A stretch of DNA of 63,917 nucleotides, counting the filler, from Octopus bimaculoides (Eukaryota): NCBI RefSeq assembly GCF_001194135.2. It is 6 parts of 6 records of this genome, joined end to end, with 100 filler letters (N's around TTAATTAATTAA, not from the genome) between each part and the next. Parts side by side here need not be neighbours in the genome. Positions count along the whole stretch, not along the records: positions 35,315 to 63,917 come from NC_068988.1; 5 more parts are not named here. One strand, given 5' to 3'. The position numbers and the translations under genes are program-made. Positions 51,595 to 63,917 of this stretch are shown here, one piece after another. The stretch's first letter is position 1; the number at the start of each line of letters is the position of its first letter. The notes beneath the pieces are model-generated. The model ran no database searches. It was not told the origin of the DNA and saw nothing but the letters and a program-made list of their open reading frames with translations.

Positions 51595-52055
51595 GAGATG
51601 TTGTTCATATAGACATGACCACATTATCCAATGTGATATGAAAAAAGGTTTAGCTACTATTTCAAACAGAAAGCTACATACACGCTTTGTTGTTCATTAT
51701 TTTCACTGCTGTTGTTGCAATTGTTATTGTTATAAATTATGAGCGAATATCCCAATAACCTGTCTTTTGTTCAAGTGTAGACTACATTATCCAGTTTGAA
51801 CTTGGCTTTATATATGACTTAGTTTTGGCAGCTATTTTTGACAGGTGGAATCGGCCACCTAGAGACTAATTAATATTTCGTTTTCCTGTCTACTGAAGCT
51901 ATGTGGTGAGCAGCGTTGGGATTGCTGCATAAAGCATATTTTTTTTTATTTTAAACATCTTTTGTACGTAAACATTTGGTTCAGTCGGTTGACGTCTCTC
52001 CGGTTCAAAAATACATACACATATGCTTACATACATACATACATCAGTGTAAATA

Positions 52056-53320
52056 TCAGGCTGAGTAAAAAGTAAGCAACATTTTGAAACATGGAATCTC
52101 TCATAATATATTTCAGCAATGCGGAGATTTTATTCATCAAAGTAAGTACCATTACGATCAACATATTTTTGCCAACGAGTTACAAGTTTTTTTTCTTTTT
52201 TTTTTCGGTAACATAAAATTCTGGAGTTCTGGAGCTGATGAACATTTTGAACGCACTTTCAGCATCGGTTTGATTTTTGAAGTCCTCTCACAGAAAACCA
52301 TCAAGGTTGTGAAAAAGTAATAGTCGGTAGGAGAATGAACTGGGGAATAAGCTGGGTGGGGAAGAACTTCGTAGCCAAGTTCCCTCAACTTCTGGAGCGT
52401 CATTAGTGAAACCTGTTGTCGAGCATTCTCATGAAAAATATTTGGGCCTCTTCTGTTGACCAGTCTAGGACGAAAGAGTAGTAGTTTTTCGCTTATTTTG
52501 GCAATTTCATGGCAATATGTTTCTGCAGTAATGGTTTTTCCGCGTTTTAAGAAGTTATAGTGGATGAGTTCAGCAGTACACCACCAAACAGTTACCATAA
52601 CCTTCCCTTCTTTTTGAAGAGCTCGAGTTTAGGGAAAGTTTTCGGTGCTTCATTTTGGTCTAACCACTGCAAAGAACGTTTTTTTATATTATTGTACAGA
52701 ATCTACTTTTCATAGCAAGTTACAATACAGTCGGGAAATGAATCGGTCTGGTTACAAAGAAGAAGCAACGAGCAAATTTTATATCTGCGCATTCTCATTC
52801 AGATCATGTGGTACCCATTTGTCGAGTTTTTTTTTTTATTTTCCAATCGAATGCAAATGGTTGCAGGCAGTTTTCTGGCTAACTTGAAGTTCTTTTGCCA
52901 GAGTGGTTTTACGTGGATCTATTTCAATGCCGGTCTTTAATTGACCGTCATCGATGACAGTTAGGCGTCCACTACGATCACAGTCAAAGTTCAGGTCTCC
53001 AATGCCAAATCGTTTAAACAGTTTTTGAGCTGACCACTCGCTGGACGTTTGCTCACCAAACATTTCGTTGGTGTCGCGAGCAGTTTCAACTGCTTTACGT
53101 CCTTTTTCAAAGCTGCAAAATAAAATTGCTCGAAAATCGCGCTCTGAAAGGTCCAACGGTGATGAAGATATCAATGTTAATTTATTGATGCATTTGGGCA
53201 AGTCTATGTCTGTATTATCAGACAATAGCAAAAAACTATTTAAAAAAATTCAAAACACTACATAAATCTGGTGCAAATTATTCATGGTTCAAAACGTTGT
53301 TTACTTTTCAGTCATCCTGA
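52056..53320 (-). mobile_element. Full-length defective mariner (DD34D-type) transposon
   Basis: 33-bp TIRs (28/33 match), TA on both sides, 1265 bp; HTH region, WVPHDL, KVMVTVWW and HPAYSP...TDY motifs; stops and frameshifts. Confidence 0.95.
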
Positions 53321-53407
53321 TACACACACGCGCGCACACACATATTTATAATGGTCTACAATATAATTATAATTAAGGGTACGAAGATTTCTTTGCCTAT
53401 ATGCCAA

Positions 53408-53889
53408 GGCGGCGAGCTGGCAGAAACGTTAGCACGCTGGGCGAAATGCTTAGCATTATTTCGTCTGCCGTTACGTTCTGAGTTCAAATTCCGCCGAGGT
53501 CGACTTTGCCTTTCATCCTTCCGGGGTCGATAAATTAAGTACCAGTTAGGCACTCGGGTCTATGTAATCGACTTAATCTCTCTGTCTGTCCTTGTTTGTC
53601 CCCTCTATTTTTAGCTCCTTGTGGGCAATAAAGAAATAAGAAACATTAGCACGCTGGGTGAAATGCTTAGCGGTATTTCGTCTGCCGTTACGTCACTGAG
53701 TTCAAATTCCGCCGAGGTCGATTTTGCCTTTCATCCTTTCGGGGTCGATAAATTAAGTACGAGTTACGCACTCGGGTCGATGTAATCGACTTAATCCCTT
53801 TGTCTGTCCTTGTTTGTCCCCTCTATGTTTAGTCACTTGTGGGCAATAAAGAAATAAGAAACGTTAGGTGAAGTGCTTAGCGGTATTTC
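53408..53889 (+). mobile_element. Head-to-tail multimer of SINE family A (2 units plus a stub)
   Basis: AGAAAC(G/A)TTAG restarts at 53422, 53639 and 53857 (period 217-218). Confidence 0.92.
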
Positions 53890-54483
53890 TCTTAGCTCAT
53901 TCTTGTTGAAATTATGTAAATTACCTAAGTTATAAATATCTTCTACTCGTTTTGTGTAAGTCTAAGACCATTGGCTGCATCAGATAAAATGAGACATTTA
54001 TCATACCAATAACACCTATTGAGTAAAAAAACGCGTGTTCACCTCTGTCCTCTTATCTCCAGACAATAAACTTATCCCTTTCGCTAATGCCGTGTCATCT
54101 CTGGAGAAATTCTTGATTCTTAAGATTAGCGTACCTACTCATATAGAGTAGTCATAATTGCTATTCGGTATTTGCGATATTTTCTCTACAGGCAGAAATA
54201 ATTTTAATAAACCAATAATTTAAGCTGTATACCATTTGATATATCTGTGCTATTGTCTTTTTCTCTCTCTTTATCGTTGTGTGTATGTGTGTATGTTTGT
54301 ATGTGTGTTTGTGTGTGAGTATGTGTTCATTCAGTGTTATTCATGTTGAAAAAGTGACACAATAATGAGAGTCAAGTTTCATTCACACACACACGCACAC
54401 ACATGCTTACAACGTGCGTTTTTTGCACCATATACAAATGTATGCGTGTGTGTGTAAAATTGTTGTTATAGCCATGTGTGTTT

Positions 54484-54515
<32 letters not shown>

Positions 54516-55055
54516 GAATATATATGAATATTTGTCTACATGCGTGTGTCTGTGTGTTTAATTCCAGTACATGAATAAACACTGGCAATAATATAGAAAA
54601 TGGGAGATTAATAGATGAAATGCTAAAAATTAAAACCAAGATGAAAGAATGAAGAATACTTAAAAGATTTGGTAAGATAAAAATTAGCTGAAGAAGTAGA
54701 AAATTGATATCATTCTGAGTGTATATAGGCTGATGTAGATAGAGTGTACGAAGTAATGTGGGGAAACAGTAAGAAGTGGAAGAGAGAGGGGGGAGATGGA
54801 GTGCGTTAGTGAGAGTGAGCGAGGAATATAATCAGAAACGTTTGTATAGATTGAGAGGAAGTGTAAACTTAGTGCAAAAGAAAAAAAATAGGAACAAACG
54901 AAAAGTGGTAAAGATATTTACTCATAAATATATATATATGTATTCTTTTATTCTTTTATTCTTTTATTTGTTTCAGTCATTTAATCGTGGCCAGCTAGAG
55001 TCTTTAGTCGAACAAATCGACCCCAGAACTATATATGTATACGTGCGTGTGTGTG

Positions 55056-55137
<82 letters not shown>

Positions 55138-56810
55138 CATACATACACACACATACATATATATATGTANNNNNNNNNNNNNNNNNNNNNNNNNNNNNNN
55201 NNNNNNNNNNNNNNNNNNNNNNNNNNNNNNNNNNNNNNNNNNNNNNNNNNNNNNNNNNNNNNNNNNNNNNNNNNNNNNNNNNNNNNNNNNNNNNNNNNNN
55301 NNNNNNNNNNNNNNNNNNNNNNNNNNNNNNNNNNNNNNNNNNNNNNNNNNNNNNNNNNNNNNNNNNNNNNNNNNNNNNNNNNNNNNNNNNNNNNNNNNNN
55401 NNNNNNNNNNNNNNNNNNNNNNNNNNNNNNNNNNNNNNNNNNNNNNNNNNNNNNNNNNNNNNNNNNNNNNNNNNNNNNNNNNNNNNNNNNNNNNNNNNNN
55501 NNNNNNNNNNNNNNNNNNNNNNNNNNNNNNNNNNNNNNNNNNNNNNNNNNNNNNNNNNNNNNNNNNNNNNNNNNNNNNNNNNNNNNNNNNNNNNNNNNNN
55601 NNNNNNNNNNNNNNNNNNNNNNNNNNNNNNNNNNNNNNNNNNNNNNNNNNNNNNNNNNNNNNNNNNNNNNNNNNNNNNNNNNNNNNNNNNNNNNNNNNNN
55701 NNNNNNNNNNNNNNNNNNNNNNNNNNNNNNNNNNNNNNNNNNNNNNNNNNNNNNNNNNNNNNNNNNNNNNNNNNNNNNNNNNNNNNNNNNNNNNNNNNNN
55801 NNNNNNNNNNNNNNNNNNNNNNNNNNNNNNNNNNNNNNNNNNNNNNNNNNNNNNNNNNNNNNNNNNNNNNNNNNNNNNNNNNNNNNNNNNNNNNNNNNNN
55901 NNNNNNNNNNNNNNNNNNNNNNNNNNNNNNNNNNNNNNNNNNNNNNNNNNNNNNNNNNNNNNNNNNNNNNNNNNNNNNNNNNNNNNNNNNNNNNNNNNNN
56001 NNNNNNNNNNNNNNNNNNNNNNNNNNNNNNNNNNNNNNNNNNNNNNNNNNNNNNNNNNNNNNNNNNNNNNNNNNNNNNNNNNNNNNNNNNNNNNNNNNNN
56101 NNNNNNNNNNNNNNNNNNNNNNNNNNNNNNNNNNNNNNNNNNNNNNATATATATATATATATATATATATATACACTGTGTGTTTTCATGTGTGTGTTTA
56201 TCGCTGTAATTATACAAAGTAACTATGTAGGGAGACAAACTGATGGTTGGATAGATAACTATACATTGATTTATACATGCGTTGGTAACTTTGATACAAA
56301 CACACATAAACACAAACATACACGTACATAGTTGTGTTTGTGTGTGAAAGAGAAAAAGAGAGAGAGAGAGAGAGTGCAAGAGAGATAGGGCAGACAGAGA
56401 AAGAGAGAGTGCAAGAGAGAAAGAGAGAGGGTGAGAGAGATACAGGGAGAGAGGAAGAGGAATCTGATATAACGTAAAAAGCTGAATATTCGAGACAAAA
56501 TGGCGCATTTAATTTTTCTGTGTACAATTTAATAATGGTTTAGGAGATGGAATGTTGCAAAACAGAATCGGTAAGGGAAGCAGGAAATGGTGCACTGGTA
56601 AATAATTCTTATAAAAAGTAATAACTGCAGGTGAAATGAACGAGTTAGAAACGTAACAAGTCTATCGCAGTCATGGCTGGTTCAGACGTTACCTCTGTAC
56701 ATACATACATACATACATACATACACATTTATATATATACATACATAAATACATATACATCTGTGTCTGTATGTAAGTGTATATGTATATTATAGTATAG
56801 TATATATATT

Positions 56811-57000
56811 CGCCATGATAGATCGCTAGCCACTACACATTCTTCTTTTCCCTCTTTGTTTCTTTCTGTGTTCCTTTCTGTGGAAGAGCGAAGGCTCGAA
56901 ACGTTAAAGACGTTTTCGCTTCATGAGCGTTATACTAATACATCTGTTTGTTGTCTACACCACTTGTCTTCGTCTTTTGTTTTTGTGAATTCTCTCCCTA
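56811..57000 (+). mobile_element. PLE-like short repeat with a hammerhead-like motif at 56874-56909
   Basis: CTTT-CTGTGGA-A-GAGC-GAAG-GCTC-GAAAC-GTT-AAAG; second copy at 5786-5945. Confidence 0.65.
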
Positions 57001-57011
57001 TATAGATATAA

Positions 57012-57057
<46 letters not shown>

Positions 57058-57807
57058 GTATGTATATATGTATATGTATATATANNNNNNNNNNNNNNNN
57101 NNNNNNNNNNNNNNNNNNNNNNNNNNNNNNNNNNNNNNNNNNNNNNNNNNNNNNNNNNNNNNNNNNNNNNNNNNNNNNNNNNNNNNNNNNNNNNNNNNNN
57201 NNNNNNNNNNNNNNNNNNNNNNNNNNNNNNNNNNNNNNNNNNNNNNNNNNNNNNNNNNNNNNNNNNNNNNNNNNNNNNNNNNNNNNNNNNNNNNNNNNNN
57301 NNNNNNNNNNNNNNNNNNNNNNNNNNNNNNNNNNNNNNNNNNNNNNNNNNNNNNNNNNNNNNNNNNNNNNNNNNNNNNNNNNNNNNNNNNNNNNNNNNNN
57401 NNATATATATATTTGTGTGTGTTTCAACACTTGCCTGCTCTCCCTGCACTCTTCTTCCAGAATATATTCTTGGGCACCCTCCAGAAACATATTTGTATTG
57501 TATTGCCTGTACTCTGTTACCTCTAGCCGAGCTTCTTTGACCCAAGTTTCGTACTTTTCAAGGTGTTATTTTTTTATCAATTTTCCCCGACTAAATATTC
57601 CTAGCGTTAACTGTGCTTCTTTGCTTTCCTTCACCACCTTTTAACGCCTATAGATGTCAAGAAGCTATAGTGTTCCGTGAGAAATTCCATATCTGGTCCA
57701 AATTGTCTTGATTCAATCGTAGCTCAAATCTGTGGTTATCCACTCTTGAGCTAATGTCACTTTGCAACTGTACTATTTAGTGTTTTGAATTTTTTTCCCA
57801 TAGCAAC

Positions 57808-57868
57808 TCTTCTTCTTCTTCTTCTTCTTCTTCTTCTTCTTCTTCTTCTTCTTCTTCTTCTTCTTCTT
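57808..57868. repeat. (TTC)n microsatellite
   Basis: Direct. Confidence 0.95.
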
Positions 57869-58904
57869 GAATTTCGTTTGTTCATTCATTCAAACATTTT
57901 AGTTTCACTTTAGAATACCTTGCAAACGTTTACTGTACATCCTACTCCAAAGGTTAAGAGTGTACTTTTTATACTCCTCAGTCCAACCTGCCTTTTCTAT
58001 AAGGGCAACTATTTTGTAAGCTAAGCCCACATTTCACTCTCTATGCTTCACCCATAAATTGACACTAAGCATATAGTTAATAGCTAACATTAGATAATTT
58101 TGCTATCTGACGAAGGCAGTATGTGACGAAACTCACTGATCATAGTCAACCGTTTTCCTTATAAAGACATATATTACAGAGCTTTTGTTTGTGTTGTAGT
58201 ATAAAAATATAAGAGTACTCAATGCACCTTTGTGAAGAATATTATATATATTATGTAAGATGAACTGCGGATATTAGTCAGGACCAAAGTCTCAGGCGAT
58301 CGCATCTGAGATAGACAGTACATGTTTAGTTGGTTGTAAAAAAATGTCATGGAATATACTGTAAGCGGTATAAACCCGAAGTAAATCGTTAAGCCTCCTT
58401 GAAATTTGAGAGGAAGCAACATATTGATATGTTCCCAACTGCTGTATATACTGGCGAAATATAATAAACACCGGTTGAAAAATTTCCTATAATTTAGTGT
58501 AGCGAACAAATGTTACATTCTTTGTTCTAAATTTTATCATGTTTATTGAACATTTCTATCCTGCTTATGCTGCATAGATATAGCCAGACTTAACATTAGC
58601 TGCAGTGAATCAATGATTGACCTGTTTGAAATTTGTCAGTGACAAAAATTTTGATATGCTGTAACAGACAACATGTATAGAGTTGTAAAAATTATGTGTA
58701 GTAAGTAAAGCAAATACAGTGAAAGACATTACGCAACGGGCCTAGTGGTACTATAACGTGCATGATATATTATTTAAGTGTAATAGTGACAAAATAAGGT
58801 GTGCAACAAAATATTACAATGTCATTGTGACTCAAGATTGTGTGTTATCTAGTAACAAGGTGGGTGACATAAATGTAACAGAAAGATAATGTATTTTTCA
58901 CATC

Positions 58905-59217
58905 TCTTTTATCTATCTTTTAATCATCTCTGTCATTGGACAGAAGCCATGCTGGGATACCGCCTTGGAGGGTTTAGTCGAACAAATCGACCCCAGTACT
59001 TATTTTTGTCAAGTCTGATACTTAGTCTATTGGTCTTTTTATTCCGTACCCTTTAGCTACGGGGACGTAAGCAAACGAACTCTGGTTCTCATGCGGTATA
59101 ATGGACAAAGAGAAACACAAAAACACATACATATCCACTTTCCCAAAGTGCTGCGCAGTGGTAATGAACCCCAAAGCATGGTTGCAAAGCGAGTTTCTTA
59201 ATCACACAGCTAAACCT
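58905..59217 (-). mobile_element. SINE family B, diverged
   Basis: Reverse complement tail GGCGGTATCCCAGCATGGC and head. Confidence 0.75.
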
Positions 59218-59621
59218 TCGTGTATGCGTCAACTTTGAAAGGCGCAATAAACTTCTTTGATAGAAATAAGTCCATAAATGTCCATAACTACAAACATAAC
59301 AAAATAGTTCACCCATATCCTAGAAATTTTGTCAAATAATAATTCCCAAGAATTCGAGGTGAAGTTAATCGATTAAAATAGCTCCCTTATCTAATTACCT
59401 TTTATTTTATCGATGAAAGTCAAAGTTGAAATTGATTGGATTTGAACGTCGAATTTTATCCATCTCTCTCATGATTCTGCTAGTCCACCACACACTCTAA
59501 TATGGGGTAGCTTCGAGGCTATAAAGCCCTCAATACATAAGTGATATTTATTTTATTCACTGCTGTATAGAAAGGATACAGTAGATGTACAGTCGTACAT
59601 GTCTCTAATAAAAGACAATAC

Positions 59622-59868
59622 TAAGTAAAGTTCATCCCTGAGTCATATAGAGTCCTTAGGGCGGGTTTCCCTGTTTCTGTGGTGTATATATCCCCCACCT
59701 TGACTGGACGCTGGTCCGTCGCAGGATCACGCATTTTTGGCAGCTGAGTGGGCTGGAACAACGGGAAATGAATTGCTTTGTTCGAGAACACAAAGCGTCG
59801 CCTGGTCCAGGAATCGAAACCACAATCTTGCGATCATGAGTCCAACACACTAAGCCATGCGCCTCCAC
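59622..59868 (-). mobile_element. CORE-type SINE with CTTTACTTA tail
   Basis: Head GTGGAGGCGCATGGCTTAGTG, B box GGTTTCGATTCC, CORE block CCAGCCCACTCAGCTG. Confidence 0.8.
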
Positions 59869-59937
59869 ATAATAAAAGGCAATGGTCTCGCTTCAAATGA
59901 TAACTATGCTCGCTTTGGATTGTGCTCTGACTAAGAT

Positions 59938-60314
59938 TGTTGCTGTTGGCACTCCGTCGCTTACGACGACGAGGGTTCCAGTTGATCCGATCAACGGAAC
60001 AGCCTGCTCGTGAAATTAACGTGTAAGTGGCTGAGCACTCCACAGACACGTGTACCCTTTACATAGTTCTCGGGGATATTCAGCGTGACACAGAGTGTGA
60101 CAAGGCTGACCCTTTGAATTACAGGCACAACAGAAACAGGAAGTAAGAGTGAGAGAAAGTTGTGGTGAAAGAGTACAGCAGGATTCGCCACCATCCCTTG
60201 CCGGAGCCTCGTGGAGCTTTAGGTGTTTTCGCTCAATAAACACTCACAACGCCCGGTCTGGGAATCGAAACCGCGAGTCCGCTGCCCTAACCACTGGGCC
60301 ATTGCGCCTCCACA
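59938..60314 (-). mobile_element. Full-length SINE family C with 11-bp TSD
   Basis: TSD CTGACTAAGAT at 59927-59937 and 60315-60325; A box TGGCCCAGTGG, B box GGTTTCGATTCC. Confidence 0.93.
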
Positions 60315-61324
60315 CTGACTAAGATATAACCATAAATCAAGATATCTCTAGTATAGTGGAATAATAAATGAAATAGTCGTTTTCGACGATATGTTCTTTT
60401 GAGCTACAAACTCATAGGTTGGTAGAATTGTTACAGCGTCGAGCAAAACACATTGCAGGATTTAGTTACGACTCTTTACAGTTCAAATACCGGTGAGGTA
60501 AACATTACCTTTCATTCTTCCGGGTCGATCAAATAAAGTACTAGTCAAATGCAAGGCTCAATACAATCGACTAGTTCCTTATTTACAAGATTTCTGGTAT
60601 CGTGCTTTTGCTGCAAAAGTTGGACTTACCTCGATAACACTTTTTAAAGTCGGGGGATGATGCTGCGATCGAGCGCATTTAATGTTTAGAATTGACACAT
60701 TAAATCAGGAGTTTGTGCGTGTTTTTTTTCTTTCTAAATTACCCCTACTTGTCTTACTTACTAATGAAGAAATTTTCTTGTTAAAATTTTCCTCCTATAT
60801 CTTATTTTTCTTCAGTTCTTTGTGCTAGAATATCTCGCTTTCAACTTCAATTGCGATTCATTTAATAACTTTTTAAATGTTTAAACTTGCAGTTAATTTC
60901 AACTTCATTTCTTCTCTAATATAAAAGATTTGAATAATTTACATGAAATATTTCTATTTCTTCATAACTTTTTATTATTTCAAGTGCTTTCTCACTATTT
61001 CCAGATAATTTAATGTAATGCCAAAGGGCTTACCACTGAAGAGGCACGAAATAGCGAAACAGCTCTATCGGCAAATATGAAAAAATTAAATATTTTATTT
61101 GAAAGTAATTTAAATATTTATGAAAAATACCGAGTTCTATTTAATAAACATGAGGGGAAAATAAATTTTTGATCAAGATTTCCTTACCAAAAACTAAACC
61201 GACGAGCAATGAATCTTATATGCTTATGTATACATATGTGTGAGTGTGCGTGTGCGTGTGCGTGTGTGTGTATTGTATATGTACATATATATGTGTATTA
61301 TATAAATATAGATACATACATACT

Positions 61325-61359
<35 letters not shown>

Positions 61360-61471
61360 NNNNNNNNNNNNNNNNNNNNNNNNNNNNNNNNNNNNCATAC
61401 ATACATATATATATATAGATGATCCAAATATACTTACCTATATTTATCTATCTATCTATCTATCTATGTAT

Positions 61472-61528
<57 letters not shown>

Positions 61529-61759
61529 ATATATATATAGTTGAATACGATCCAAGGACCGAAGTGTAGGAAGTTAATAAGCTTCGATGATATATATAGC
61601 TACTATCGATGACAAAAGGCGGATAGAACGAGATGAAGAGCAAAAAATAGTCTTCCCGTGACAATATAAAAATCCTGTAGGTAATAGGACCTCAAAGTTA
61701 CCTAAGTTGTAAGTAACAAGTTGTGTACGAAGCATTAAATGGAGCGCTAATTAAGGCAT

Positions 61760-62010
61760 TCGCCTGGATTTATTTAATCCCTTTTTCGCCACACGAAATA
61801 ATCCATGGGATTACAAACGAGGGTCTGAAGAGGCCAGAAACCATAGGAATTCTTCGAGAACCATTCCTGACCCTTTTCGAAAGTATGGCAAAGAGCCGAA
61901 TCTTGCTGCCACACATATGACCTTCCAGTAGCAGTCCTCTTCAACCTGGAATTGAACACAGTTTCCAGTAGCTTCGCATAACCTGTCTGAATTGAGCCTA
62001 AGATCCTGTT
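61760..62010 (-). mobile_element. Tc1/mariner (maT/DD37D-like) transposase fragment
   Basis: LRLNSD/GYAKLLETV...GRSYVWQQDSALCHT...QEWFSKN...CNPMDYFVW. Confidence 0.8.
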
Positions 62011-62388
62011 CATGGTGTTGGAGATACGTTTTGGCGTGTGGACGCAGTAGGAAGGCCTACGGTGTCCCTTCCTGATGGCCACGGATTCGTAGTCTTAGTT
62101 CATGTGAACATGTCACATCATACTGTCTTTACAGTGTTAGCAGAGCCTTGAGTGGCAGACATGATGTCGTCACTTCGATACCTGGCGCGAACCGTCACGA
62201 TCCAGGTAACTCTTTTCCAATATTCAGAATGGCTTCCAGTGCTCCATGTTAGCTAAGGTCTTCTCAACTACATATTTAAACTTTATGCTCTCCAACACCC
62301 TGGATAGTTCACCAATACATCAAACAGCTCCTGAGATAAAAAGGAGATATTGAAAACATCGTCAAATTTTGCCAGAACACTATGTAAT

Positions 62389-62422
<34 letters not shown>

Positions 62423-62426
<4 letters not shown>

Positions 62427-62636
62427 GGTTCCAAATTTTAGCACTGGGCTAGCAATTTTAGGGCAGGGGTAAGTCGGTTAGATCAACCCCAGGATTCGAC
62501 AGGTACTTAACTTATCGATCCCGAACGGATGAAAGGCAAAGTTGATCTCGGCAGAATTTGAACCCAGAACGTGAAGACGGATGAAATGTCGCTAAACGTT
62601 TTGCCCGGTGTGCTAACGATTTTGCTAGCTCGCCTT
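62423..62636 (-). mobile_element. SINE family A
   Basis: Core GGATGAAAGGCAAAGTTGATCTCGGC. Confidence 0.85.
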
Positions 62637-63221
62637 ACATACGTGCACCATACATACATACGTACATACATATATGCATACATACATATATATGTGCGGG
62701 TTGGTGTATGTATGTATATTAAAAAAGGCAGCAAAATGACAGTGTAGTTATTATAGCGAAAGACAGAATATATCTTGTATTTGCTCCAGCGGTATACAAT
62801 CCATGTTCAAGTACCGCCGGGCACAATAATTCAGTATTGTCTTTCATCCTGTTGGACTTCTGACATCATTGCATATAAGATCCTTGGCAATATCTCTTCC
62901 GGCATTTTGTATTCAGAATTTGAATTTAACCGCGGTGCTAATCATTTGATCAGCAGGACACTCTGACAGATGGCTTTACGTAATCATAGATAAGCGGGTA
63001 TTGGCGTGCTTAGTCAGTGTGTCGACAGTGGTTGAATGAATGGAAATATATACAGCTTGGCGAATGTTTTCTAATTACAAACAGAGTGGGAGGATGGAAG
63101 GCCGACGAAGTAAGGACATTGAACTGAGTATAATAGAAGATCCAGCTCTAAAGGTCGTAACTTCTAGATTGTTTAAACGATTTGACAATCGGAAATAATG
63201 TTAGTGTCGATGCTGATGTTG

Positions 63222-63353
63222 TTAATGATGATGATGATGATGTCGGTGGTGATGTTGGTGGTGACGACAACAATGATGAAGACGATAGTGTAGTGGTGGT
63301 GTTCCTTTTTCTGGCTATGATGATGCCCGCGATGAAGATGGTGATGATGATGG

Positions 63354-63397
<44 letters not shown>

Positions 63398-63478
63398 GTA
63401 GTTATGATGGTATTGAACTTGAACAATATGGGGTCAGTTTTCAAAATCATGTTTGCAGTATGTGTGTCAGAGAGAAAG

Positions 63479-63573
<95 letters not shown>

Positions 63574-63582
63574 GAGAGAGAG

Positions 63583-63613
<31 letters not shown>

Positions 63614-63620
63614 GAAGTTG
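63222..63620. repeat. (GAT)n, then (AG)n and (AAAG)n tracts
   Basis: Direct. Confidence 0.9.
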
Positions 63621-63917
63621 AGAGAGATTAGAGAGAATCGTTATATGGGTAAAAAGAAAAAACAAAATAAATTAAGTGAAGATAGATAAACAGAAATACA
63701 CACAAAGAGGAATATTCTTTTCTACTTTAGGCACAAGGCCCGAACACAAACAGGAATATTGATGGATAAATAGGTAGCTAAATAAACAGATATACAAACA
63801 TATCGATTAACAAATATAAAATATGAAGATAAATAGAAACTTATACACCTAAATAAATAGACATATAAGCCACTATGTAAACTGATAGATCTGTAGACAG
63901 AAAGATAGATCAATATA

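Noticed and set aside
51845-51905. Exon-like segment with AG acceptor and GTGAGC donor
   Set aside because: Stop codons in all three frames.
58107-58132. CTGACGA...GAAAC
   Set aside because: Stem II is mismatched and there is no GUH with stem I pairing; at most a very old relic.
58219-58509. 96-aa hydrophobic ORF
   Set aside because: The composition is expected from AT-rich DNA; no recognisable family or splice support.
61825-61841. CTGAAGA...GAAAC
   Set aside because: No room for stem II, and it is the antisense of the maT-like transposase coding sequence.
108-63913. ORFs rich in YI/HT/CV/LS/ER/poly-I/poly-V, or containing X runs
   Set aside because: They are translations of dinucleotide, trinucleotide or tetranucleotide microsatellites and N gaps, not genes.

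Overview
AT-rich, microsatellite-saturated eukaryotic DNA, almost entirely transposable-element debris. The repeat landscape looks like a coleoid cephalopod, probably Octopus; this is an inference from recalled repeat families, not a database match. Five identical 100-bp spacers (N44-TTAATTAATTAA-N44) show that the window is six joined scaffold pieces, and many other N gaps sit at simple repeats. No host protein-coding gene is confidently recognisable: most ORFs in the track are microsatellite or N artefacts, and only a few unverified candidate exons were seen. Recognisable coding relics are a full-length but dead mariner (52056-53320), an internally deleted Tc1-like element, a maT-like fragment, and CR1, three RTE and one R4/Dong LINE fragments. 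There are dozens of tRNA-derived SINE copies (families A-D are my own labels). The most interesting signal is a set of hammerhead-ribozyme (HHR) motifs of the Penelope-like-element (PLE) type. One is a fully canonical type I HHR (45420-45478, minus). Another lies in a 382-bp tRNA-headed, non-coding insertion with a 10-bp TSD and PLE-style inverted ends (29955-30336), a candidate SINE mobilised by Penelope machinery.
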